Positions 13,368 through 26,049 of a DNA stretch of 53,019 nt are shown piece by piece. The stretch spans positions 1-53,019 of the forward strand of contig NW_021834323.1 in assembly GCF_006345805.1 (NCBI RefSeq). Direction: 5' to 3'. This stretch comes from Octopus sinensis (Eukaryota). Every line of letters begins with the position of its first letter. Position 1 is the stretch's first letter. The translations under genes were made by a program, and so were the position numbers. The notes under the pieces are model-generated. The model was given only the letters and a program-made list of their open reading frames with translations. It ran no database searches and had not been told where the DNA came from.

Positions 13368-13553
13368 TTAGAGGAGAGAATCATTGTGGTCACTCAACGC
13401 GCTAAAAATAGCAGCCAAATTACTTCAAAATCACGCATCTCAATTATGGGAAAAGACACGCGCAAAACGTTGTCCCGGATACTCATAAAGGACGAGATTG
13501 GTCACAACAGCGATTCCTCTGATAAAATCTCTTCTCAATCAGGTTTGACCAGG
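13368..13553 (+). mobile_element. Repeat family C fragment (SINE-like)
   Basis: gctaaaaatagcagccaaat core shared with 24640-24770 (+) and 32990-33060 (-). Confidence 0.55.
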
Positions 13554-13633
13554 AACTGGAACTGCATCCGTCCCCTACCCCCACCCCACAATCTCACACA
13601 CATATGTCCATCATAAACAAATCAAATGTACTC

Positions 13634-13648
13634 ATATATACATACATC

Positions 13649-13679
<31 letters not shown>

Positions 13680-13796
13680 CATAAATATATACATATACAT
13701 ATATATATACATATATATTTACATATATATATACATATACATATATATTTACATATATATTTACATATATATATATACATATACATATATATTTAC

Positions 13797-13827
<31 letters not shown>

Positions 13828-13859
13828 TACATATATATATATACATATTATATATATAT

Positions 13860-13901
<42 letters not shown>
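13634..13901. repeat. (TA)n/(TACATA)n microsatellite
   Basis: Directly visible. Confidence 0.95.
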
Positions 13902-13906
<5 letters not shown>

Positions 13907-14004
13907 ATTTTCGGAATGGTCATATTGCCAGTTTAGCCAACATACATACATACACACATATGTATATATATATATATATATGGTGATTACAAATAAATTT
14001 TTTA

Positions 14005-14145
14005 GTTGTCTTTGTCATTAGACTGCGGCCACGCTGGGGCATCGCCTTAAAGAGCTTAGTCAAACAAATCAACCCCAGTATTTACTTTTTTAAGGTTGTT
14101 ACTTATTCTATCGTTCTTTCCTGATGAAACTCTAAGTTACAGAGA
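14005..14145 (-). mobile_element. SINE family A 3' fragment
   Basis: gtcattagactgcggccacgctggggcatcgcc ... gtacttattcta-like match to the family A tail. Confidence 0.75.
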
Positions 14146-14220
14146 CCATTCCGAAATATAACAATATCTGTTTCAACACACGACTTCACATAAAAAATCT
14201 TGCACAACAAATATTTAAAC

Positions 14221-14263
<43 letters not shown>

Positions 14264-14466
14264 GTTAATCCAAACAAGAAAGCACAAAAAAACACAACGC
14301 GAGGACGTGGAACAAATATAGCATTAATGGACGCTCAGGAAAGAAAGGAAGAAGGAGGATTTAACGTTTCAAGCGGAGCTCTTCGTCGGAAACATAGGAG
14401 AAGGAAAGATCCCGAGAAGGGAAGACAGAGGAAAAAAATCGCTGGCGGTGCTCACGAGGTCACACA
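14264..14466 (-). mobile_element. ~200 bp Penelope-like (pLTR-type) element in (TA)n with minimal hammerhead motif, copy 1
   Basis: Closely similar to 48778-48978 with the same boundaries. Minus strand contains ttt-CCGACGA-agagc tcc gctt-GAA-ACGT-T-aaa. Confidence 0.7.
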
Positions 14467-15289
14467 TATATATAAGGATAAGCATAATAAAACGGGTGCG
14501 TGGTTAAACTCAGCTAAATAAAAGGGGTAGGAACCACGGTTTGGAACCATTGTGAAAAGTTTGGGAACCACTGCTTTGGTTCACATTCCTCTAACAGCCA
14601 TACACACATAAGAACACATTCACATATGTGCGTGTACTTTGTATGACTGAATGTATGTATACATGTATATATGTATGCAAGTATGATTGCATCTGTGCAT
14701 ATAAGTATGATTGTTACGTGTATATGTATACATACAGATACACGCATTGGTCTACATAATCACACTCGAAAATAACAAAAGTTCTATCAGATAAACAATC
14801 ATACACAGCCCCAATGGAGTGGTGACGATAACAATATTTGCATATACATACACTATCTATATGCTTATACACACACACACACGCGCGCACATTAACAGGA
14901 ATACTTGTGTAATTCGTTGATGTATTGCCGATTGTATCTGTCATACTCTTATGAAAATTGATAAATACCATTTAGCATCTCCACTTTGAACCTCCTGTTA
15001 GTTCGCTCTCAAGTCATTAAGATTCATCTTTGGCGTAAAAAGAAAAGTCTGGAATTTTATTTTAACATCTTTTTTTCTTCTGAATTTACCGTTTTCTGAA
15101 TTACCAATTTGCACACACAAACACACACAAACACACACAAACACACACAAACACACACAAACACACTCCCACGTGCATATACAAACACACGCCTTTATGT
15201 TTTTTTTATATGGGTTCAGTTGTACACTTCCGTTACATCTGTGTATGACCTTATTATTGTAGGCTTGAAAAGGCGCTGGCAATACTAAT

Positions 15290-15322
<33 letters not shown>

Positions 15323-15354
15323 ACAGCATCATCATTATTATTATTATTATTATT

Positions 15355-15511
15355 CAGTAGTTTTATTTTTATAGCGTGCTTTCACTTCACTACCGAGCGC
15401 AGCTCTGTGTGCCTTGGGTACGTGCTGTGATTTGTTGTGATGCTCGGATGGTTATTGTATGGAAAGTGTTTTGCGTAGGATGTGTGCAGTGCCTAGTAGT
15501 GCAATTTTCTG
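15355..15511 (-). mobile_element. 3' end of an R4/Dong-like non-LTR retrotransposon in (AAT)n
   Basis: Minus strand encodes QKIALLGTAHILRKTLSIQ*, the typical end of R4-clade RLE ORFs, then a ~100 bp 3' UTR running into (AAT)n. The 5' junction is also in (AAT)n. Confidence 0.82.
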
Positions 15512-15535
15512 TTAATAATAATAATAATAATAATA

Positions 15536-15570
<35 letters not shown>

Positions 15571-15968
15571 GGCGGCGAACCGGCAGAATCGTTAGCACGC
15601 CGGGCGAAATGCTTAGCGGTATTTCGTCTGCCGTTACGCTCTCAGTTCAAATTCCGCCGAGGTCGACTTTGCTTTTCATCCTTTCGCGGTCGATAAATTA
15701 AGTACCAGTTACGCACTGGGGTCGATATAATCGACTTAATCCGTTTGTCTGTCCTTGTTTGTCCCCTCTGTGTTTAGCCCCTTGTTGGTAGTAAAAAGAT
15801 AGGTATTTCGTCCGTCTGCACGCCCTCTGAGTTCAAATTTCGCCGAGGTCGACTGTGCTTTTTGTCTTTTCGAGTTCGATAAAATAAATACCAGTACATC
15901 ACTAGGGTCGATGTAATCGCCTTAATCTCTCACCGAAATCGCTGGCCTTGTGCCAAAATTTGAAACCA
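15571..15968 (+). mobile_element. SINE family B, full-length copy followed by a second headless monomer
   Basis: Head GGCGGCGAACCGGCAGAATCG (A box-like) and AGTTCAAATTCC (B box-like); core TTTCATCCTTTCGCGGTCGATAAATTAAGTACC resembles the MetaSINE-type domain as I recall it. The body repeats from ~15804. Confidence 0.88.
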
Positions 15969-16544
15969 TTATTATTGTTGTTGTTGTTGTTATATATAAA
16001 GGCGGCGAGCTGGCAGAATCGCCATCATCGCTACCACCACCAACATGTCCACTATGCCATCAATGGCAGCAGGAGTATCTCGGAAAACCAGAAGAATCCA
16101 TTTTGGCTGAACAAGTTTTAGGAAAAAACGTAAATAAAAAATTGGGTGGATTCGTAGCTTACTGAGAAAAGTCACACTTTCTCTCTCTCTCTCTCTCTCC
16201 CTCACTGTCTCTCTCTCCCATTCTTTCTCTCTCTCATCAACATTCCTACAACAATAATCTCAGTACATCACAATGGTTCAAGCGTTGTGAATTTTACTAA
16301 ATATTACGAAGCATTTAGTTCAGCGTCTAAATCCTCCGTCACTAATATAATTATATAATTCGTAACATAGAACTGTGACGCGTTTAATTACAGCACATAA
16401 CTATTTGTGGGCCGTATGTCCAACCAGGGTTCGAACTGCTTGGAAAGGACATTTTCCATACTCACATAAAAGAACTTGTGTTCTCTCCTAATACAAAAGT
16501 CAAAATCAGAATGTAACGGGTAATGCACACATGTCTTCTCTCTC

Positions 16545-17232
<688 letters not shown>

Positions 17233-17729
17233 ATCTTACTTGCACTTTATCATTCACATTCACTTAGCCACCCAGAACAGCTTTATAATGATAACAAAAT
17301 AATGACAACTTTCACACACATACATTAATGCATACAAAAACAAACGCACGACTCACACCAGCATACATACATACACACACCGTCTTGTATTTATACAGAT
17401 ACTTAGTCATTTTAAAAGCCATTAGAGAAACCAAAAAAATATGTCAAGTTGGGGATTTGGCATTGGATTGCGATTATTTTTGTCTGAACTAAGCCTCTTT
17501 CTTTCGGAGTGTATGAGTGAATGTCTACTCTTGCGTGTATATGTGTATGCCTGTATGTATGTAAGTCGGTGGAGTGCCAAACTTGTTGAAAGTTGTGTAT
17601 AATCCATATATCAACATTCGAAGAAATGCTAACAGCAGTGACCTCGCAGAACCATTTATGAATATGACTCCTTTGCTTACCATGGAACCTCCACCGGCAT
17701 GACCTTTTAAAACCATCTTTATAATATCG

Positions 17730-17935
17730 GTTTCCAATTTTGGCACAACACCAGGAATTTCGGAGGAGGGGCTAATCGAAGACATTGCCCCCACCCTCCA
17801 GTACTCAACTGGTTCTTATTTTAGTGTCTGAAAGAGGATCGACCTCGGTGGCATTTGAGCTCAAAATGTAATGTCGGAAGAAATGCCGCTGAATATTTTT
17901 TCCGGCATGGTAACGATTCTGCCAGTTCGGTGCCT
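17730..17935 (-). mobile_element. SINE family B, diverged copy
   Basis: tcgacctcggtggcatttgagctc ... taacgattctgccagttcggtgcc is the reverse complement of the family B head and core. Confidence 0.82.
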
Positions 17936-18180
17936 TAAAACCTTTATACTACAACGTATAGTAGATCTGGTTTTATCAGCTTGTTGCTAGGTGCATGTTT
18001 TTGTGTGAGTAAATTGATCACAACATTTGACTGACTTCAATTTGCTCGATCCTTGGAAGATGATAAATAAATCTTATCATGGTGGAATTTGAACTCAGAA
18101 CTTAACAGACGTCACTAAATATCACAAGTCCTTTGCCCGCTTTTACAGTGAGTTTTACCAATCAATAATCTAGGCCAAGC

Positions 18181-18510
18181 AAAAAGGATCCCCTTCGGCC
18201 ATGAATGGCCATGTGATTGCACCCAGAAAGTTCCCCTCCGAGGCACAATTCCCGGCAAAATTGTTAATGGAAGACCAGCAGTCACCCATGCATAGCAGCT
18301 CCTCTCTCCACGCCACCGATGTTATCCAAAGGAAAAGCAAAAGGTCGATTTAGCTTGGAACCAGTGACGTTGTAAATCATTTCTACAGCTGAGTGAACTG
18401 AAACAACATAAAATAAAGTGTCTTGCTCAAGAACTCAACATATAACCCAATCCAGGGATCGAACTGACTATTCATGATTGTGATCCCGACGCTCTAACCA
18501 CTGAGCCATA
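18181..18510 (-). mobile_element. tRNA-derived CORE-type SINE, family D
   Basis: Minus strand: TGGCTCAGTGGTTAGAGCG (A box), GTTCGATCCC (B box), then CTTGAGCAAGACACTT (CORE-like) and a distinct tail ending GGATCCTTTTT. Confidence 0.8.
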
Positions 18511-19857
18511 AACAACCTAACCATCTCAAAATATAGATGTAAGTAAAGAATTCTGATGATAATACAAGAAAATGAACAACTTCTAGAAGATTCAGGTGTT
18601 CATGAATTTTTAGTTTTTTCTACAGATTTAAGAAAAAAAACGTTTGATTTTAATTTCCAATATAGTTATTTATTTTCTCACGAATTAACGATTATATTTA
18701 AGCTGTGTACTGATAAAGTTAAGTAAAGAAAAAGATCAGGAAACTTAAAGGATTCGTCCATTTTTTACTCCAGTTTGACGTTGATTTTAGTGGCTATGTA
18801 AAGCTATTCACGAGTTTGTAAACATTTCTTATGTTGACGGAAATTTCATTCACAAAAATCCCCGTTCAACCCCCTTAACAAAGAGAGACGAAGATAGAGG
18901 CAATAGATCGTTAGTATTCTCCATAACTTAGAGCTAGACGATATTCGACTAACGGCAGACGATCACCGACGCCATATTTGTTAGTTTACAGCAAGAACAC
19001 CCGTCGGCTGGTTGCTATGAATATATTTATGATCGAAGCCCCTCTCTCGTTGGCAACAATCAGCTTTTATTTATTCCGTTATTTATTTGCTTAGTTCCAC
19101 AGATATCTATTGGTTGATTCAGCAGCGATGGAATAAGTCTCAAACAGAGTATATAATATTTGGTAAAATACAATAATTTATTTGGCATTTAATGAAACCC
19201 CACAATATTCTAATAAAATAATGTCTATTTATGCTAATACTGTATTATATAATGGTTTTGTAATGGTGGGGGTTCCAGAGCAAGTAAAGAAGATATAGCC
19301 ACGAAACGTTCTCTAAAGTCATCGCTATTAGCATTCTATATAAGTTGAAGATAAACGTGATATACATAACTTTCGACAAATCTGGTACTCCCCCCACACA
19401 TACACATGTACACACACACACACAAACACACAAAATTACACGCGCATATATACTGCAAGGAAAAGAGGTTTAGTACAGAGAAAATCTAGTACCCAGATCC
19501 GATTGTTGTGTTTAGCATGTTTTTGTCCCTTTAATGGCTTCGGAAAGGCAGAAGTATTCGCGTAAATGTATGTATATGCATGTATGCATGAGTATAGGCA
19601 TGTATGTATGTATGTATGTATGTATGTATGTATGTATGTATGTATGTGTGTGTGTATGTATGTTTGATTGGCTGTCTGTTTGCATGTCTGTGAGTGTATG
19701 CACGAGTAAAAGTATGTATCTATGTGCACATGCATATGTTTGTGTATTTTGTCATAGCTTTTTCTAAACAGGTAATTTTACTTCGCTAAAAAGGTGACTG
19801 CGAAAGACAGAAAGCTAATAGACAGGCAGGGATATAAAGAAAGACAAAACGATGGAT

Positions 19858-19894
<37 letters not shown>

Positions 19895-19896
19895 TA

Positions 19897-21350
19897 GAAA
19901 AGCCTACGGAAAAGACCACGGTAACCTCAGGCAGAGAGGCAATAAACACATGAGAGCAAATTGCTCTCCCTCCCTCCCTTTTCGATTTACGGGATCATGC
20001 TCAAAGTGGTTTCGTCACTTGCACGCACCATCTTTGCTACATTCACCCACCTTTTTTTTTGAAACTATCACGAGACAAAACCCACCTCTCCATTCTCACC
20101 TTCCTTTTCAAGTGGTACTTGAAAAAGTTGATGAGCGATTGGCCAAAGAGGTAAGTATGTCTCTAATCCTTTCGCTCGAGTCCACCACACACATTCTTTC
20201 ACCATAACCACCAGTATGTTGAGGAAAAGTGGCGGAGCAATTCTCACGATAGACTCGGCCGACAGGCGGACTCGTCCCACACGTGACAGCAGCCGTTCGG
20301 CATAAGCCCACAGGTCCGAAATGGTTGGACACTGCACTAGTGTGTGCAGAACGGTTTCGTCGCTCTGACTGCATCTCGGGCAAGTCGGTCCGGTGTGTCT
20401 CGAACCGTGCCTGTAGAGCTTATCCCGAACAGGTAATTCTTCTCGATAGCACTGCTAGGCCAGGGATCATTGGTGATTGTCCATAGGTCCCGGCCCGAAA
20501 GTTGTTCTGAACAGGCGGGCAAGGTGTTAGTCGTCGACGCCCAGATTCTGCCCGAGAACGTCGCTGCACCTCCCCTCCACTAATCCTCTATAGAACGCCT
20601 TTGTTGTAATGAGGTCGCACAAGTTTGGTCCCGGGCGGCAGAGTTGTTTGAGAGCAGCGCGACACTCGCGGTGCCATTCGCCTAGCCTCGGTCTCTGTTT
20701 GATATTCGACTGCAGTTCGGCCAAGGAGACGTGTTGCGGGAAAGCGTGCCGCACAAACGGCGATCACACTTTTTCACCGTCGTCTGAAGCGCCGGAGAAG
20801 TCGCAATCTCAGCGCATGTCTGCGCATCATCAACCACGGCATGCCTAGCCCTCCATTTAGCGGGTGTTGACAGCAAATGGATCGCCTAACCATTGTAACG
20901 CTTCCCTTTCACAAGAAGCGGAAGAGTATGCGTTCCAGTCTGGCGATGGTAGACTCGGGACGGTCAGACGGTACTCGATGTCGGATGTGATGGATGCGTT
21001 CGCCACCTCCGCACGACCTTTTAGGGATAACTTCCTCTCGGCCCATTGCTGTTTGGTTACCCTAGTCGTTATTTCGCCCCAGTTCTTTTCCATTTAGAGG
21101 TCCGAACCGAACCAGACTCCAAGCAATTTAACCGGTCCGTCGGGCCAGCGACCCACGATAGAGACGCCGTTGGACGGCATGGGCTTGCTTCTCAAGGTGC
21201 CGAGCTGCAAGCCCACTGACTTTTCCCGGTTAATTTTTGCTCCCGTTACCGCTTCGTATTCTTTTAGTGTCTCGCCGACCAGGTCGATGTGCTTGTGGAT
21301 CGACATTATGACGATGACGTCGTTCGCGTATGCAGACACGCTCCTATGCC
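19897..21350 (-). mobile_element. 5'-truncated, decayed Tx1/L1-clade LINE (end of RT domain to C-terminal zinc knuckle)
   Basis: Minus-strand peptides: SAYANDV (YADD mutated), YEAVTGAKINREKS, VKLLGVWF, WAERKLSLKGRAEVAN, and a frameshifted CPRCMQSDETVLHTLVQC (CCHC). Multiple stops and frameshifts. Confidence 0.9.
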
Positions 21351-21417
21351 TAGATAGATAGACAGCTAGATAGACAGACAGACGGGTAAGTAGATAGAGA
21401 GACAGACAGATAGATGC

Positions 21418-21509
<92 letters not shown>

Positions 21510-21524
21510 ATAGATAGATGCATC

Positions 21525-21604
<80 letters not shown>
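21351..21604. repeat. (GATA)n microsatellite
   Basis: Directly visible. Confidence 0.95.
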
Positions 21605-21979
21605 CTAAAATAAAAACAAAAGCAACCTGGCAACGGAAATACCAATATACAAATCTTATAAAAATATTCCAGCACAAAACATTATTAAATTCTTCCTTTA
21701 AGGTGCCATTCTGTTGTTTTATGACGCTATGTTTGGCATTCTTCTCAGATATATTTTTTCGTTATTGCTGTTATTGCTGTTGTTGTTGCTGCTGTCGTTG
21801 TGAATTATTTGTCTTTTTATGTTTTTGTAGCTTTTGGTTTTCTTTTTCTCTTTCCCGTGATGCAACACTTCCAAAAGAGAGATATTCTGATTTATCTCGC
21901 GACTAATCAAATCTTTAATATCGAATTATCCATTTATTTCGCATTCTCTGACGATGATAACATCTACCCAAACTTAACG

Positions 21980-22040
21980 ACGCCGCCGCCACTCCCACCA
22001 CCACTCTTATCCCACACCTCCCACACACTGCTAACACTAT

Positions 22041-22084
<44 letters not shown>

Positions 22085-22745
22085 TTATCAAAAACCAACT
22101 ACACCACGACGATTTGCGACACCAGAACCAGCACCGCCTCCATCTCAATCATCATTATCACCACCACCGACACCACCACCACCACCACAAGCACCACCAC
22201 CACAAGCACCAACACTATAACAAACAACACTACCAAAACGACCATACCACCATCATCACCTACACCACCGTTACCAACACCACAACACCATCATCAACAA
22301 CAACCTGCATTAGCAACACCACATCCCCCATAATTATTAGTACTACTACTACCACCACCACCACCACCACCATTTTCTCGAGTGGTAATTCCATGACGAG
22401 TACAGCTACAACCATCACAACCTCCCCAACTGCTTCCATCAGAAACCAGAAACGTACCACGAACGCCACCCCGCCGCACCCCACCACTCACCACCAACAC
22501 CTTAAGTAGCACCCCGCCACCATCACCACCACCACCATAAATTTCAACACCATCACTACCATTAGCGCTACAACCACCACTACCATCGTCTTCACCGACA
22601 CCACCACCACCACTATCACCTCCACAATCACAACCATTACTACAACCATCACCGCCACCACCCTCATCAACACAACCACCAACACAGCAACCACCACCAA
22701 CACATTCACCACTACCGCAACCACCACTACCGCTATTACCACTAC
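21980..22745. repeat. (ACC)n/(ATC)n/(AGC)n low-complexity tract
   Basis: Directly visible; gives poly-T/H/V ORF artefacts. Confidence 0.9.
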
Positions 22746-22949
22746 AAAAATAGTCATTTACTGATCATACAATTTATAGAGAATTTATCGAAACGCGAAG
22801 ATTTGAGGCAGCTGTCATAGCTGGGTATGGATGCATGGATGGATGGATAGATCGATGGATGGACGGATGGATCTGTGTATGTATGTATTTATCTCTATCA
22901 CTTATCTATCTATATAGATAGACAGACAGATAGATAGATATACACATGT

Positions 22950-22981
<32 letters not shown>

Positions 22982-22993
22982 TATATATATATA

Positions 22994-23315
22994 TATAATA
23001 TTAATTAGAGACAAAAGCACTATTATGCAAATCAAACAAAGACTTCATAGTTTAAAACTTGCAAAGAAGGTCTTGAAACCACCTGATGAATGTCCATAGA
23101 AGTGACAAGAAACGATCGTAGTGGATATCTTAATTATATTTAATTTATATAAAAATTTTTATGTATTGGATTAAGTCTTTCTTTGTTTCATTTGCATAAT
23201 AGTGGTTTTGTCTCTAATTAATATTATATTATATTTTACTATAAAATTGGATTCAATCCTAAATCTGATTTTTCCCTGTAAATTTGGATTTATTCCCTAA
23301 TATTTATTATTATTA
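22994..23315 (+). mobile_element. Penelope-like pLTR fragment with an inverted terminal segment, in (TA)n
   Basis: 48 bp inverted repeat (22994-23041 vs 23181-23228, 2 mismatches) encloses a canonical type I hammerhead; flanked by (TA)n on both sides. Confidence 0.72.
23079..23124 (+). ncRNA. Minimal type I hammerhead ribozyme motif
   Basis: ccac-CTGATGA-a-tgtc catagaagt gaca-a-GAA-ACGATCGT-A-gtgg. Stem I ccac/gtgg, stem II tgtc/gaca, palindromic stem III, GUA cleavage triplet; all core nucleotides present. Confidence 0.82.
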
Positions 23316-23609
23316 TATATATATATATATATATAATTATATACTCTTGAACACATATTTATACGTATATACACGCTAAGTCATATATGAATGGAGGGAC
23401 AATTTTTGATACATACATATACAAATATATTCATACGTACACGCGCGCGCGCACACACACACACATGAGATGAGATGAATGAAAAACTAAAAAGATTAAC
23501 GATATGAGAACGTGGGAAAGTAAATATAGAGATAGAAAACCAGAGATGAATGGTTAAGGCTTGGCTGTCGTCAATTGAACAGAAGGGAGACTATAGCAAT
23601 ATCGCTTAT

Positions 23610-23826
23610 CTTTTATCTTTTACTTGTTTCATTCATTAGATTGCGGCCACGCTGGGGCACTGCCTCGATGAACTTAGTCGAATGAATCGACCCCCAATAT
23701 TATTTTAAGCCTAGTACTTTTTTTGGGGGTCACTTTGCAGAACTGCTAAGTCACGGAGACAAAAGCAAACCAACGCCGGTTGTCAAGCAGTAGTAAGGGA
23801 CAACGACAGACGCAAAGACACACACA
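23610..23826 (-). mobile_element. SINE family A 3' half
   Basis: ttttacttgtttcattcattagattgcggccacgctggggcac ... ggttgtcaagc matches the family A tail. Confidence 0.85.
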
Positions 23827-23930
23827 GGCCAATGAATTGCGCGGCCATTCATTGAACGATGAAAGGAATCTCATAAGAGGAACTTGTGCCTCATGTCAGT
23901 TCACAGGGTTTGCCTTTCCGATCTCTGCTG

Positions 23931-23966
23931 CTGAAGAGGAGATAACCACTGCGAAATGCATGCATC
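23931..23966 (+). ncRNA. Truncated or degenerate hammerhead-like motif
   Basis: CTGAAGA-ggag ataacca ctgc-GAA-ATGCATGCAT-C; stem II has one mismatch and the 3' arm of stem I is replaced by mariner sequence. Confidence 0.4.
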
Positions 23967-24092
23967 TCGCGACATTTGTGCTGTGTATGGAGAGGGTGCC
24001 ATAGCTGAAAGAACCGCTCGTGATTGGTATGCCAAGTTCAAAAATGGAAATTTTGACCTCAAGGAAGCACCTCGTTCTGGCCGTCCAGTTGG
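23966..24092 (+). pseudogene. Mariner transposase N-terminal HTH fragment
   Basis: RDICAVYGEGAIAERTARDWYAKFKNGNFDLKEAPRSGRP is typical of the mariner HTH plus RSGRP linker. Confidence 0.9.
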
Positions 24093-24524
24093 GTTGAGGA
24101 AGAGCGAATCTTGCAAACCAAATCCAAAAGCGAAATATATATATATCTATATATGTATGTATGTATAATTTACTGAAAACAAAAGATGAAGACAAGTGAG
24201 GGAACGACAAGCGGGTGTATTAGTTTGATGCTCGGAAAGAATGGAAAAGTCTTTGATTCTGGGGTCGATGTAATCGATTTATCACCTTTCTGCATCCCCC
24301 GAAATTGCTGGCCTTGTGCTAAAATTTGAAACCAATATCATTTTATTCCTTTGGAATCTAATCTTTTAGAAAACAGTCTAAGGCTTCGTCTAAATAGCAA
24401 CTTTTCAAAATTTCAGCCCCTACACCACTTTTAAAAAAGTTTTACTCGAATTTTTGTTCTTAATTCTATTACGATTTTGGAAAAAAGAAATTAAAATTTC
24501 AGTTTTAAAAGATTCCCCCCCCCA

Positions 24525-25075
24525 CTCTTCCGGCTTTCCGATTACCCACATATCCGCTTCAACTTCCGGAAGTTTTCAAACCCGTTCGTTCATTTACGCA
24601 CGCATGTCTGCCTACTGCACCACAACCAGTAGATAACATGAGAGAGTGGAACATTAACATGGTCGCTCGAAATGCTAGAAATAACAGTCAACTTTCCCTC
24701 CGACTGCACTTCTCTAACACCGGGTAAAATGAAAGAAAATATTGGACAATTCAATACGGAGATTACGATCCTTAAAGACAATTTTTTTTCCCAAATTTAT
24801 TTTTAAATCACTTTTTGTCCGGCTTTCGTAAAATCACGACATCCACCCGATAAAAATAAGGAATGCATCGATGTAGTTGCTCTGACTCCCCAACTGACCA
24901 ACGAAATATATTTGGTAATCATTTTGCTTCCTCCCATTTGAGACGACGAATTAGAGTTGCGCATCCATTTAATTCTGCTTCTTCTATAGAATGAGACTAG
25001 TTTAAAAGTTTCTAATCACCCAAAGCTCAAACATGGCGGTTTATCCGGTCATTTTCGTTCTGCGCAGGCTCACTT
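24525..25075. promoter_or_regulatory. Possible promoter-like motif cluster (ETS, YY1-like, NRF1-like)
   Basis: Palindromic AACTTCCGGAAGTT at 24561-24574, CTTCCGG near 24527, AAACATGGCGG near 25029, TGCGCAGGCTCA near 25061. Motif matches only. Confidence 0.22.
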
Positions 25076-25577
25076 ATACTGGAGCTGCCCTCCTGTGAGG
25101 AACGCTTTATTAACACTTTTTAATCTGTCACTATAGCACCATTAGCCAATTCTGTTTCCTCCTGAAACGACAGATTGTTTTAGAAACATTCCTCACTCTT
25201 GCAATAAAGACTGCTTTTCAAACTGACAAAAAAGAATGAAAGAAATATTCCTTCCTTTCGTTTCTTTCTAGATTCATACCGTTCTCTCCATGTTTTTAAA
25301 CATGGAATAAAAAGAAATGGTGTAAAAGGTTTAAAATAATATATTTGGCTGGGTGGAGAAATGAAAAGTTATTTCTGGACAAGACAGCAAATCATCTTTT
25401 TAGAAAACAGGAATCCTGATATCATGCAAAAATGTCGTAAGTCCAAACAGTTGCTTTTCCAGAAAACGAAAAAAATTATTTCACCATTCTATAGCAAAAT
25501 CGTTGGACTACAGTTTGACAATTTTTGATGGAAGACCAGCCGTCATGTATAATTAACTCTATAAAATTCAGACAATG

Positions 25578-25624
<47 letters not shown>

Positions 25625-25627
<3 letters not shown>

Positions 25628-25745
25628 CCGAAATTGCGAGGATGATCCGTTCTTGACTGAAGATTAAAGGCTTCGAATGACCCGTCCGTGTTTTTTGTAT
25701 CGTCTATCCGGATGTTTTGCGTTCTTGTCCCATTTTGTATTTTTA
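25625..25745 (+). mobile_element. Probable Penelope-like pLTR fragment in (TA)n
   Basis: Flanked by (TA)n; contains a degenerate CTGAAGA...CGAA...GTC core and a T-rich end resembling that of the 14264/48778 elements. Confidence 0.35.
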
Positions 25746-25752
25746 TATATAA

Positions 25753-26049
25753 CTAGCAGTATCGCCCGGCGTTGCTCGGGTTTGTAAGAGAAATAACTAT
25801 ATAAGCATTTTTATAGTTATTTCCCTTATATAATAAGCAAAAAATGCATTAAAAATGGGAAAAAATGACGGTAATTTTTTTTTTAAATCGTAGACTCATC
25901 ATAGACGCGCGCTAATACTCAGAAGGGCTCGATATGAATCACGACTATAAGATACTCGCTTTTGGTTACACTGCACCGCAAAATGTGGGAGTAGTTAGGA
26001 ATCTAAATCGTAGGAGACAGACGCACAACTTCACTTTTATATATAAAGA
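25753..26049 (-). mobile_element. Non-autonomous Helitron
   Basis: Minus strand starts A|TCTTTATATATAAAAG and ends CCCGAGCAACGCCGGG (subterminal hairpin) CGATACTG-CTAG|T. Shows 5' TC, 3' CTAG, A|T insertion site and no TSD. Confidence 0.9.

Noticed and set aside
18450-18510. tRNA-like sequence with A and B boxes (also the heads of families A and B)
   Set aside because: No complete cloverleaf, and it continues into a SINE body; not a tRNA gene.
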